Positions 1-7,732 of a stretch of 33,835 nt of DNA are shown here, piece by piece (position 1 is the stretch's first letter; each line of letters opens with the position of its first letter). A program made the position numbers and the translations under genes. The stretch is from a virus. Lineage: Duplodnaviria > Caudoviricetes. The notes under the pieces were generated by a model. It was not told where the DNA came from. It did no database searches and was given only the letters and a program-made list of their open reading frames with translations. The stretch is from positions 1 to 33,835 of IMG/VR virus record IMGVR_UViG_3300037045_000039. One strand, 5' to 3'.

Positions 1-238
1 TTTCTTGCTTATTTGTAAGATGAAATCCTTTTAAAACAGAACACTTATAAAAATCATCAGGTATATATGACTTCATTGCCTATGGTCTTTATATCATATT
101 TATTGACTATTGTGTTTAATCGATTGAACAATCTAATTAAAAAAATATCTCTCCTACTGTTTTTCCAAGGGCTTCAGCTATTTTTTTAAGCGTACTTGTT
201 GTAGTTACATCTACACGTCCACTTTCTAATCCAGAAAT
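1..238 (+). repeat. Terminal direct repeat, copy 1 (circular overlap)
   Basis: Matches 33598-33835 except A128 versus G33725. Confidence 0.97.
114..129. promoter_or_regulatory. Putative repressor operator downstream of cro
   Basis: GTTTAATCGATTGAAC, a near-perfect palindrome matching three sites in the cro-cI spacer. Confidence 0.7.
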
Positions 239-325
239 AATTGTTCTCGAAACCCCTGAAATTGCTGCTAATTTCTCTTGTGACAAATTTGATTCCTCCC
301 TAAAATACTTAATCTTATTTTTCAA
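137..325 (-). CDS. Cro-like XRE HTH regulator
   Basis: 62 aa HTH (LSQEKLAAISGVSRTIISGLESG); divergent from the cI-like gene; TTG start with GGAGGTG RBS. Confidence 0.88.
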   Translation of the reverse strand: MKNKIKYFREESNLSQEKLAAISGVSRTIISGLESGRVDVTTTSTLKKIAEALGKTVGEIFF

Positions 326-358
326 TTCACACCTCCATCGTGTATTCTTTATGATTTT

Positions 359-446
359 AGTTTAATCCATTGAACAAAAAAGTCAATACATTTTTGTTAA
401 ACTGATTAAACATTTTATTGATTTTAAGTTTAATCGGTTGTACAAT
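359..446. promoter_or_regulatory. Genetic switch: divergent sigmaA promoters overlapping three operators
   Basis: Operators at 360-375 GTTTAATCCATTGAAC, 396-411 GTTAAACTGATTAAAC and 428-443 GTTTAATCGGTTGTAC. Rightward promoter TTGATT(418)-17-TACAAT(441); leftward TTGACT(386-381)-16-TAAACT(364-359). Confidence 0.75.
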
Positions 447-476
447 ATAATAAACAGTCATGTTGGAGGTGATAAA

Positions 477-872
477 ATGTTGTTGGGCGAAATTGTTAAA
501 AAATATCGCGAAGATAACAAATTGACTATGGAAGATTTCGCAAAAAAAAGTAATTTGAGTAAAGGCTATATTTCTATGTTAGAAAAAAGTATAAATCCAA
601 ACACTAATAAACCTATTAGGCCAACAATTACTACAATAAATTCCATTGCAAAAGCGATCAGTATGGATTTTAATGAGCTGTTTAATTTGCTCGATGAAAA
701 TCACGAAATACTATTAACTTCAGTTGACTCTGAAGATTCAATTTCTGAGAGCAGTTCTATTAAAGTACTTGCAGCACATGCTATTGATGATCTCACAGAA
801 GATGAGCAAATCGAAATTATTAAATACGCAAAATACATTAAATCGCAGAGAGATGAGGACAACAAAAAATGA
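477..872 (+). CDS. CI/ImmR-like XRE repressor
   Basis: N-terminal HTH (LTMEDFAKKSNLSKGYISMLE); C-terminal LAAH..DLTEDEQIEIIKYAKYI tail typical of ImmA-paired repressors; GGAGGT RBS favours the ATG at 477. Confidence 0.88.
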   Translation: MLLGEIVKKYREDNKLTMEDFAKKSNLSKGYISMLEKSINPNTNKPIRPTITTINSIAKAISMDFNELFNLLDENHEILLTSVDSEDSISESSSIKVLAAHAIDDLTEDEQIEIIKYAKYIKSQRDEDNKK

Positions 873-1243
873 CCCAGGCACTTACCATCGGTAGCCGTAT
901 CAATATAAGAAGATCTGAAAATAATATGTCTATCGCCAAATTGTCAGTCGTCACTGGAATTTCTAAGACAAGTTTATACAATTATGAAAAACCAATCGAT
1001 TCAAATATTCCCACAAAAAATTTACTATTATTAGCAAAAGCACTTTATTGCTCTCCTAATTACTTGTTAGGTTGGCCTATTAGTGCAGAAGATTTTAAAG
1101 CTGGCTTATACGTAGATGAAGACATCTGCAATGAGTCCCCCAAAATCAAATCGGAACTTCTTGAAATGGTAAACGATTTATATGATTTTGAGGTCTCATG
1201 TTTACATTCATATGCGGAATATTTCTTAGTGAAAAGAAGATAG
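869..1243 (+). CDS. Second XRE-family HTH protein
   Basis: HTH MSIAKLSVVTGISKTSLYNYE...LAKALYCSPNYLLGW; ATGA overlap with cI. Confidence 0.8.
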   Translation: MTQALTIGSRINIRRSENNMSIAKLSVVTGISKTSLYNYEKPIDSNIPTKNLLLLAKALYCSPNYLLGWPISAEDFKAGLYVDEDICNESPKIKSELLEMVNDLYDFEVSCLHSYAEYFLVKRR

Positions 1244-1254
1244 AGAGGTCTCAT

Positions 1255-1710
1255 TTGAATCACCTTTATAAAATAATTGATGATGCATACATCACACTAG
1301 TGGAAGATGATATTCCTGGTAAAGTCAAAGGGCTTTACTTCGATAATATCATCGTGTTACATAAAAGTATTGAAACTGAAGCTGAAAGGAATTGTATCCT
1401 GGCTGAGGAAATTGGTCATTACTTCACAGCAAGCGATATCATAATTGATAAATCAAAACTAAAAAATCAAAAACAAGAGGAAGCTGCACATAGGTGGGCC
1501 ATTAAAGAACTGATTGATCCTGTAAAGTTTATTTATGCTTTTAAAGCTGGTGTCCGTAATAGATGGGAGTTATCACAATTCTTTGACGTAACAGAGGAGT
1601 TTATCGAAGAGTCTCTTGCACATTTTAAGAAGTTTTATGGTGAGTTTCTCATCATTGACGAATATACTATTTACTTTGATCCGTTATGGATCTACAAATC
1701 GTTCGATTAG
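1255..1710 (+). CDS. ImmA/IrrE-family metallopeptidase (antirepressor protease)
   Basis: KGLY..., LAEEIGHYFT (EExxH variant) and QEEAAHRWA motifs; position next to the repressor; TTG start at 1255 after GAGAGG. Confidence 0.88.
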   Translation: MNHLYKIIDDAYITLVEDDIPGKVKGLYFDNIIVLHKSIETEAERNCILAEEIGHYFTASDIIIDKSKLKNQKQEEAAHRWAIKELIDPVKFIYAFKAGVRNRWELSQFFDVTEEFIEESLAHFKKFYGEFLIIDEYTIYFDPLWIYKSFD

Positions 1711-1719
1711 GGGGAAAAT

Positions 1720-2757
1720 ATGAGAGAGAAAAGAACCAAAATATCTAAACCGTTTTATAAGAAGTGGTGGTTTGTTACTCTTGTTGTACTTGCTATACTA
1801 GGCACAGCATTTCCATCTGAAACTGAAGAGTCCACTACTGAAATTGCTGTTCAAACGACAGAACTCATTTCCATTGTACAAGAACCGACTAGTGATGTAA
1901 TTGAAGTAACAACAGAAAAAATAACCGAAACTTATCAAGCGACTCAAAAAGTTGATTTATCACAAAAGGTTGCTGGCGTTACTTCTCCCAATGATTCTGC
2001 AAGTTCCTATGAATTTAATGGCAATACATATAAAATCATTAAAGTTGATGGTGGCGATATATCGGGTTATAGACAACCAAATGTAGCGGTCAATATAGGT
2101 TTTGGCGATAGGAATTACTGGGCATTTACTAATGAACATTCTCAATTGGTTTATGTAATTGCTGATGAAATTATCTTACAAGATGAATTGAATGAGATCC
2201 TTTTATCTGACGGTAGATATTATACTGATGAAGCAAAGGTACCTGGTACTGAGGATCCTGATTTAGATGAAGGACATGTCATTGCTGATTCTCTTGGTGG
2301 TGTCTCAAATGCTTACAATATAACACCTCAAGATAGCACATTAAACCGTTACGGTGATCAGGCTTATATGGAAAAAGTAATTCGTGATGCAGGTGGATGT
2401 ACAAATTTTATTGCTACTATTTCATATCTGAGCACAGACACTCAAATCCCTTTGCATTATAGATTTGAGTATGATCTTAAAGGTAATAGAATTATAGATG
2501 AATTCGATAATGTAAATCCTGATAAAGTTAATGCGGCGCTTAATACTACAGAAGCGGCTACAAATGCACCAACATCATTACAAGTACCTCCAGTGGTTGC
2601 TGATACTTCCGAATTGAAAAGAGTAGATACTAACGGCAACGGAAAAGTCACCATTGCTGAGGCAAAAGCAGCAGGTTTTAAAATGCCTATATATAGTGAT
2701 CACTGGCTTTATAATTATATGGATGATAGAGACGGTGATGGCAAAGTTGGAGAATAA
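1720..2757 (+). CDS. Membrane-anchored DNA/RNA non-specific (betabetaalpha-Me) endonuclease with C-terminal EF-hand/Ca-binding-like motifs
   Basis: KPFYKKWWF followed by a TM helix; Thr/Glu linker; DEGHVIADSLGG..NITPQ...LN nuclease motif; DTNGNGKVTIAE and DRDGDGKVGE loops. Confidence 0.82.
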   Translation: MREKRTKISKPFYKKWWFVTLVVLAILGTAFPSETEESTTEIAVQTTELISIVQEPTSDVIEVTTEKITETYQATQKVDLSQKVAGVTSPNDSASSYEFNGNTYKIIKVDGGDISGYRQPNVAVNIGFGDRNYWAFTNEHSQLVYVIADEIILQDELNEILLSDGRYYTDEAKVPGTEDPDLDEGHVIADSLGGVSNAYNITPQDSTLNRYGDQAYMEKVIRDAGGCTNFIATISYLSTDTQIPLHYRFEYDLKGNRIIDEFDNVNPDKVNAALNTTEAATNAPTSLQVPPVVADTSELKRVDTNGNGKVTIAEAKAAGFKMPIYSDHWLYNYMDDRDGDGKVGE

Positions 2758-2870
2758 ATAAAAAAAACGCCCCTGATGTTCGTGCATCAGAGACGTTTCG
2801 ATACAAGAGCCTTGGCGGCTGATGTACCCTACTTCAAGCTAAGTATATCAAAATATCGCCTATGGTTCAA
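2758..2870 (-). ncRNA. Predicted ~75-nt antisense RNA unit upstream of the integrase
   Basis: Minus-strand TTGAAC(2870-2865)-17-TATACT(2847-2842) with TG extension; terminator hairpin at about 2765-2798 followed by a U-run; no ORF seen. Confidence 0.6.
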
Positions 2871-2904
2871 TCCTTTATATTTGAGCTAGAAAGGTGGTTT
2901 TTTT

Positions 2905-3930
2905 ATGCGTAACCCAAACGGATATGGCAGTGTGGTCAAGCTTGGTGGCAAGAGGAGGAAACCCTTTTGCGCGCGCGTTACCGCTGGATGGTCCGACGAT
3001 GGCAAGCAACTTTATAAGAACATTGGTTATTATGGATCCGCTGTTGATGCTAATTTGGCACTGTCAGATTACCATCGCAATCCTTACTCTATTGATGCCT
3101 CTAAAGTTACCTTTAAGGATATGTATGAAAAATATACGTCGACTGCTCGCTTTGTTAAACTCTCACGTTCGAGTCATATCGGTTATCAAGCTGCTTATCG
3201 TGCGTGTCCAGAACTCCATGAGATGCGCATGGTTGATATTAAAAAGAATCACATGCAAATATACCTCGATGATGATGAACGTGGTCACGGCTCCAAGCGC
3301 AAGATGCTCGTGCTATTTAAATCACTATTTGCTTTTGCAGCAGAGAATGACATTGTATCGAAAGAGTACTCCGATTATCTCAAGCTTCCTACCGATTTTG
3401 ACAAAGTACCAAAGGTGCCTTTTACGGAATCAGAGATTTTCACTTTGTTTGAAAATGCGGACCGTATGGCATACATCGACGTCATATTGATCATGATCTT
3501 CACTGGCGTTCGGATTGGTGAGCTTTTGGATATCAAATCTATAGATGTCGACATCAATGAGCGCTTCATGGTTGGTGGTCTGAAGACTGCCGCTTCAAAG
3601 AATCGATTAATCCCTATAAATAAGAAAATCATTCCATTTGTTCGGTCCTGGCTAGACCAAGGTGGTGAGTATTTAATCGCAGCACCTAATGGCGGCAAGA
3701 CTGCTTATTGGAACTTTTATAACACGCACTGGAAGAACATCATGGAGAAGCTTGCCATGGTCCACACGCCTCACGATACACGTCACACTTGTGCTACGCT
3801 TCTAGATAATGCGGGCGCAAATAAGGTGGCACGTCAGCGCATATTAGGCCATGCAAGCAAAGATGTAACTGATAAGACTTACACGCATAAAGACAAGATT
3901 CAGCTACTTAAGGCGATTGATCTCATATAA
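2905..3930 (+). CDS. int: Tyrosine integrase
   Basis: RNPNGYGSV arm-binding N-terminus; catalytic residues R (TGVRIGE), K (LKT), HxxR (HDTRH), H (LGH) and Y (TYTH). Confidence 0.96.
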   Translation: MRNPNGYGSVVKLGGKRRKPFCARVTAGWSDDGKQLYKNIGYYGSAVDANLALSDYHRNPYSIDASKVTFKDMYEKYTSTARFVKLSRSSHIGYQAAYRACPELHEMRMVDIKKNHMQIYLDDDERGHGSKRKMLVLFKSLFAFAAENDIVSKEYSDYLKLPTDFDKVPKVPFTESEIFTLFENADRMAYIDVILIMIFTGVRIGELLDIKSIDVDINERFMVGGLKTAASKNRLIPINKKIIPFVRSWLDQGGEYLIAAPNGGKTAYWNFYNTHWKNIMEKLAMVHTPHDTRHTCATLLDNAGANKVARQRILGHASKDVTDKTYTHKDKIQLLKAIDLI

Positions 3931-3934
3931 GTTT

Positions 3935-4125
3935 GTATATTGTGCGTATATTGTTTGTATATTGTCTCTGGAAAAAGTGCCCGTTTTGGGCTTATATGGA
4001 AAACAAAAACCCCCGAACCGCAATGGTTTGGGGGTTTGCATTTTGAATTGAATTATCGTTTTGAGAATTGACGCTGTAGGCATATCAATGCTAGAATCAA
4101 TTATTGTATATTGTACGTATCTTTC
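3935..4125. other. attP with arm-type repeats and rpsI-derived core
   Basis: GTATATTGT at 3935, 3946, 3957 and 4106 (degenerate copy at 4117); core 4053-4070 on the minus strand reads CAA TTC TCA AAA CGA TAA = QFSKR*. Confidence 0.85.
4000..4037 (-). terminator. Intrinsic terminator (likely the replacement rpsI terminator; may be bidirectional)
   Basis: Hairpin AAACCCCCGAACC-GCAAT-GGTTTGGGGGTTT with a T-rich tail on the minus strand. Confidence 0.85.
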
Positions 4126-4180
4126 AACTTTATCGCTCGATAACTTTCTTCTATTATATGTTCGTGTTTAAGGAGTTTCT

Positions 4181-4489
4181 ATGCCAACCATAATAATCAA
4201 GCGTCCTCAATCAAAACCTCAATTACTTGATGTGATCTCAAAGAATCTTGCTGAGTTGTACCAGGAGTTAAATATCAGGGCCAACCATGAGCCAATCGGT
4301 ATTGGTCTAGTCATGATCACTCAATCTAATGTTGAGTTTGATGAGCCAAATCTAATTTATGAAGGTAAAGGTATTCTCGGTACCGTTTATGTCGTGCGCG
4401 CTACGAGAGATAGAATAACCGATTTGAATGACGGTGATGTAGAATACTTTATTCACTGTGTTGATATTATGAATGGCTATGAAGAGTAA
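4181..4489 (+). CDS. Accessory gene next to att, DUF3846-like
   Basis: AAGGAG RBS; runs opposite to the lysis genes; pattern resembles DUF3846 by eye. Confidence 0.6.
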   Translation: MPTIIIKRPQSKPQLLDVISKNLAELYQELNIRANHEPIGIGLVMITQSNVEFDEPNLIYEGKGILGTVYVVRATRDRITDLNDGDVEYFIHCVDIMNGYEE

Positions 4490-4493
4490 CAAG

Positions 4494-4526
4494 AAAAAAA
4501 GCGGTCTCCGAAGAGGCCGCTTCTTT
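4494..4526. terminator. Bidirectional intrinsic terminator
   Basis: AAGCGGTCTC-CGAA-GAGGCCGCTT flanked by A and T runs, between convergent genes. Confidence 0.88.
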
Positions 4527-5148
4527 ATTTCTTGATCTTTTTAATTGCGTTTTTAAATGCAGACTTTAGGTAGTCTGGATTTGCTGAGATTTCTTTGTTT
4601 AATACTTTTAGCCAATGCCCCGCACTTGTAATAATTTCGCAGGCAATCATATCATTGACCAATTGTTCTATTTCTGTTTTAGGTTTGGCAATGTTCATTA
4701 AAATTTCAAGAGGATCAATAGAGTTTGGATATTTACCGGCACCAGATATTCCTCTATCCCAAAATACTTTATTATCTCCGTAACTGCCCTCTCTGATTTC
4801 GAAGTGAAGATGCGGACCAGTGGATGCACCAGTAGAACCGAGATAACCTATTGTATCGCCGCCGTTTAACTGAGCGCCTTGTGCAGCGCCTTTTTTACTT
4901 AGATGGGCATATACTGTCAAGAATCCTTTGTGTTCGATGACGACGTACCAACCTAGCGCTGTGTGAAATTGAGATATTAAAACTTTGCCGTTTGCGATGG
5001 CGTGAAGCTTTGTTCCCGCGGGATATAAGATGTCGATGCCGTTATGGAAGTCGGCGCGCTTGGTTATTGGATGCGTTCTTTGTCCGTATAGACCTTTTAT
5101 CTTTTCGCGATCGAGGTCTTTGATTGGTAGGTGGGTTATGTTAATCAT
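4525..5148 (-). CDS. Endolysin, M23 peptidase
   Basis: HNGID (HxxxD), YAHL and STGPHLHFE (HxH) motifs; follows the holin. Confidence 0.92.
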   Translation of the reverse strand: MINITHLPIKDLDREKIKGLYGQRTHPITKRADFHNGIDILYPAGTKLHAIANGKVLISQFHTALGWYVVIEHKGFLTVYAHLSKKGAAQGAQLNGGDTIGYLGSTGASTGPHLHFEIREGSYGDNKVFWDRGISGAGKYPNSIDPLEILMNIAKPKTEIEQLVNDMIACEIITSAGHWLKVLNKEISANPDYLKSAFKNAIKKIKK

Positions 5149-5354
5149 ACGTCATCGCTTTTGTTTGCTGAATCAACTAATCCCTCGCCGACAATGTAAG
5201 CCACGACTGAAGCGCCAGCCATGATTAATGCCGCAACTTGTGCAGCTTCATTTTGATCATTCGTCTTGGCGATAACAATCATCGATACAAATCCAGCGAC
5301 TGCCGCCCACATTTTGCGTGATGTTAATTTTCTTTTCCAATCAACTTTATTCAT
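5145..5354 (-). CDS. Holin
   Basis: MNKVDWKRKLTSRK, two TM segments, directly upstream of the lysin; RBS favours the ATG at 5354. Confidence 0.82.
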   Translation of the reverse strand: MNKVDWKRKLTSRKMWAAVAGFVSMIVIAKTNDQNEAAQVAALIMAGASVVAYIVGEGLVDSANKSDDV

Positions 5355-5556
5355 AATCATTCTCCTTTTCGATTTTTTTCTTCTTGATTCCTGCCAGAGT
5401 CCACAACTCAACCGTGGTAAAGCCAAACCATGCCCCTACAAGCGCTGTAGGTTCGTTTGATGTGTGATAGAATACGATTAATACTGCGGTTGTAAAGATG
5501 ATGTTTAGGGCGATTATAAAGGCTATTAAGACTTTAGAAAACTTAGGTTTCTTCAC
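5347..5556 (-). CDS. Small two-TM lysis-module membrane protein
   Basis: GTG start overlaps the upstream stop; two hydrophobic segments with EP between them; basic tail. Confidence 0.7.
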   Translation of the reverse strand: MKKPKFSKVLIAFIIALNIIFTTAVLIVFYHTSNEPTALVGAWFGFTTVELWTLAGIKKKKIEKENDYE

Positions 5557-5963
5557 CCTGCACCGCCTTTCGTAAATGCCAACCATACAAGTCCGAATAC
5601 CGCTGATATCGAAAGTGATATTAAAAGCCATTTCACCTGCTTCAACATTTTCTCTGCATCTGCGCCTGACTTTTTTTCGACTATCTCCAATCTATTAACA
5701 AGCTTCGAAACGGTTTCTTTTGTTTCCATTTTTTCTTCTATGGTGTCGATTTTCTTTCCTTGCTCTTTCATCGTTTCGACTATCGCTTCAAGCTGCTTTC
5801 CTTGGTGCTTGGCTTCATTCGCTATGGTTGCGACGTTCGTGTTCATGGCATGGACCAAATCAATAAGTTCGGAAATGTTGTCTAATCTCTTATGCGCCGA
5901 TTTTGTCGATGCTTTCAGTTCTGCAAAATCCTGTATACAGGTCGGATTCTGTTCATGGACCAT
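5553..5963 (-). CDS. XhlA-like coiled-coil protein with C-terminal TM
   Basis: STKSAHKRLD motif, coiled coil and C-terminal TM; first gene of the lysis cassette. Confidence 0.7.
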   Translation of the reverse strand: MVHEQNPTCIQDFAELKASTKSAHKRLDNISELIDLVHAMNTNVATIANEAKHQGKQLEAIVETMKEQGKKIDTIEEKMETKETVSKLVNRLEIVEKKSGADAEKMLKQVKWLLISLSISAVFGLVWLAFTKGGAG

Positions 5964-5974
5964 AACGACCCCCT

Positions 5975-7339
5975 TTAAATAATTTCTTCGTATCCAATGG
6001 ATCCCGATGAATGTTGCTGAGTGATTTTAGATATATAATCTGATATTCTGCCTTTGCCTAATCTACCGCCGCTATCGACCGTGAAATCTGTTCTATAACC
6101 TTGCTTGCCGAAGCTGTGCGTGACTTCTGTGATGACGCCGATATCTTCTGTTCCTGAGTCGCTAACAATATGCGCATAATCACCTGGCATGATGTACGGT
6201 CTGAACGGACCTGTGAAGCTTTCGATTTTACCGACATTTTCGAGTCTTAATGCGAGTTCATCTGCGTATAAAATCGCTTGGTACTCTTGCATGCCATCTT
6301 GAACACTTACATAGAGCGTCTTGTTTGCCTGTAGATTCCATCCAGTGTAAGATGCTACATCTCTATAGACTTTGACTGAGAAGTCGCTAGTATGGACGCA
6401 AACGCGTCTGTAGGCATCCATATCATCGCGCGTTATGTCGCGGCTGAAAATGTCTGTGTTGCGATTAAATGTGAATGTTCCAGGCTGAGTGAATTGATTA
6501 TATGAAGGACTGCCAACTACCACGGTTCCATCGCTTAATTCTTCGGCCTTCCAATTAATCAACGCCTTAAATATTTCCTTTGAGGCATCGAGGACTGAGG
6601 TATTCGGGTCAAATGTGAAGCTGTTCATTGCTGTGGTTTCTTCGATTAAAAATTGATCGGTGTTTAAGTTGGCGTTCTCAAGCATCGTTTTGATGATTAG
6701 ATGGATGTAGTTGTAATAAAATTGATTATTTTCATCGAGTGATTGGTCGCTGAGTGCTTTTCCTATGAGATTTCTACCATCTACGCTGACTTCCGGTCTG
6801 AGTGGCGAAAATTCACTCCTATCCACATAATACACGCCCATCTCAACATCTTCGCTGTCGCCCATGCCGAATAGATATTGTACCTTGGCGCCAGGCGATA
6901 ATAGGGCTTCTTTTTCGCTAATGGCCACGTTGAGTTGTTTGTCTGATGACTCGTCAATCGGATTAGCGAGCGTCGTTGTGAATGATACAATCGGATTGTC
7001 GATGGTTAATTTGATTGAACCGTTTTCGAGATAGTCCTCAAGTTCAAGCGCAAACTCGTAAATGATCATCTTGTGCGTGTCGGCTGACTTATAAGAGCCA
7101 GCCATTCCGAAACCGTTTATCGTTTTAATCTCTAGGTTTGTGATGCTCGAATCTTGCGACACGTCGGCGGTTGCCTCTAGTTGCGGAGTTCCGTATTCAC
7201 CATTGAGTTTCTTTATCGGGATACCTTGCATATCTCCCGCGCTTAAGCAGAAAATCTCTGCTGACGTGTCGTAAAATTGAATGACGTCCGGGTATGAGCC
7301 AGACGCCAGATTGACTAGGTTTTCAAATATCAGTTCCAT
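5975..7339 (-). CDS. Tail protein, baseplate hub/Tal-like
   Basis: MGVYYVD...VDGRNL and PYIMPGD...ITEVTHSF..GYRTDFTV patterns typical of hub proteins; lies in the tail module. Confidence 0.65.
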   Translation of the reverse strand: MELIFENLVNLASGSYPDVIQFYDTSAEIFCLSAGDMQGIPIKKLNGEYGTPQLEATADVSQDSSITNLEIKTINGFGMAGSYKSADTHKMIIYEFALELEDYLENGSIKLTIDNPIVSFTTTLANPIDESSDKQLNVAISEKEALLSPGAKVQYLFGMGDSEDVEMGVYYVDRSEFSPLRPEVSVDGRNLIGKALSDQSLDENNQFYYNYIHLIIKTMLENANLNTDQFLIEETTAMNSFTFDPNTSVLDASKEIFKALINWKAEELSDGTVVVGSPSYNQFTQPGTFTFNRNTDIFSRDITRDDMDAYRRVCVHTSDFSVKVYRDVASYTGWNLQANKTLYVSVQDGMQEYQAILYADELALRLENVGKIESFTGPFRPYIMPGDYAHIVSDSGTEDIGVITEVTHSFGKQGYRTDFTVDSGGRLGKGRISDYISKITQQHSSGSIGYEEII

Positions 7340-7348
7340 AGCACCGCC

Positions 7349-7732
7349 TTAATATCCCCTATCGAATATTACAATTTCCCCATCTTCAAATATCTCTACT
7401 GTGAATGTTGACTTTGGATTCCTTGGGTCTTTTGGCCATTCGTCTAAATATGAATACCATGCTTCGTGAAGATTGTTTGTTGTTATCTCAATGTCACTTC
7501 GGGCTTTTGTTCCGCCGTCGTGTGATGACCATGTTACGCGTGTGCTAGGGTAGTCGATGGTAAACAGTACCGCGGCATCGTGTAGTTTTTTAACTGTTAA
7601 ATCATAAGCGACATCTTCGGCTTTGTTCTTGGCACCCATGATGCTTGGGACTAAAACGAGTATTAAGATGCCTATGATGGCGATTACTACTATTAATTCA
7701 ATGAGGGTAAAGCCTTTTTTCTTTTTCGTCAT
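7349..7732 (-). CDS. Type IV pilin/pseudopilin-like protein with class III signal peptide
   Basis: MTKKKKG|FTLIELIVVIAIIGILILVLVP: basic leader, G-1/F+1/E+5, hydrophobic helix with P22; C-terminal YLDEWPKDP. Confidence 0.92.
   Translation of the reverse strand: MTKKKKGFTLIELIVVIAIIGILILVLVPSIMGAKNKAEDVAYDLTVKKLHDAAVLFTIDYPSTRVTWSSHDGGTKARSDIEITTNNLHEAWYSYLDEWPKDPRNPKSTFTVEIFEDGEIVIFDRGY

Noticed and set aside
2894-3698. Alternative ORFs 2894-3490 (+) and 3375-3698 (-)
   Set aside because: Shadow frames over the integrase with no recognisable motifs or RBS.
3935-3965. CRISPR-like or iteron repeats
   Set aside because: The 9-bp units have 2-bp gaps and sit beside the integrase, with more copies across the core; this fits integrase arm sites.
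4045-4075. tRNA or tmRNA-derived att core
   Set aside because: No tRNA-like sequence is seen; the core matches the S9 C-terminal codons instead.
5352-5360. Lambda-type dual-start holin (Met-Ile-Met)
   Set aside because: There is no charged residue between the starts, and the first ATG is too close to the RBS.
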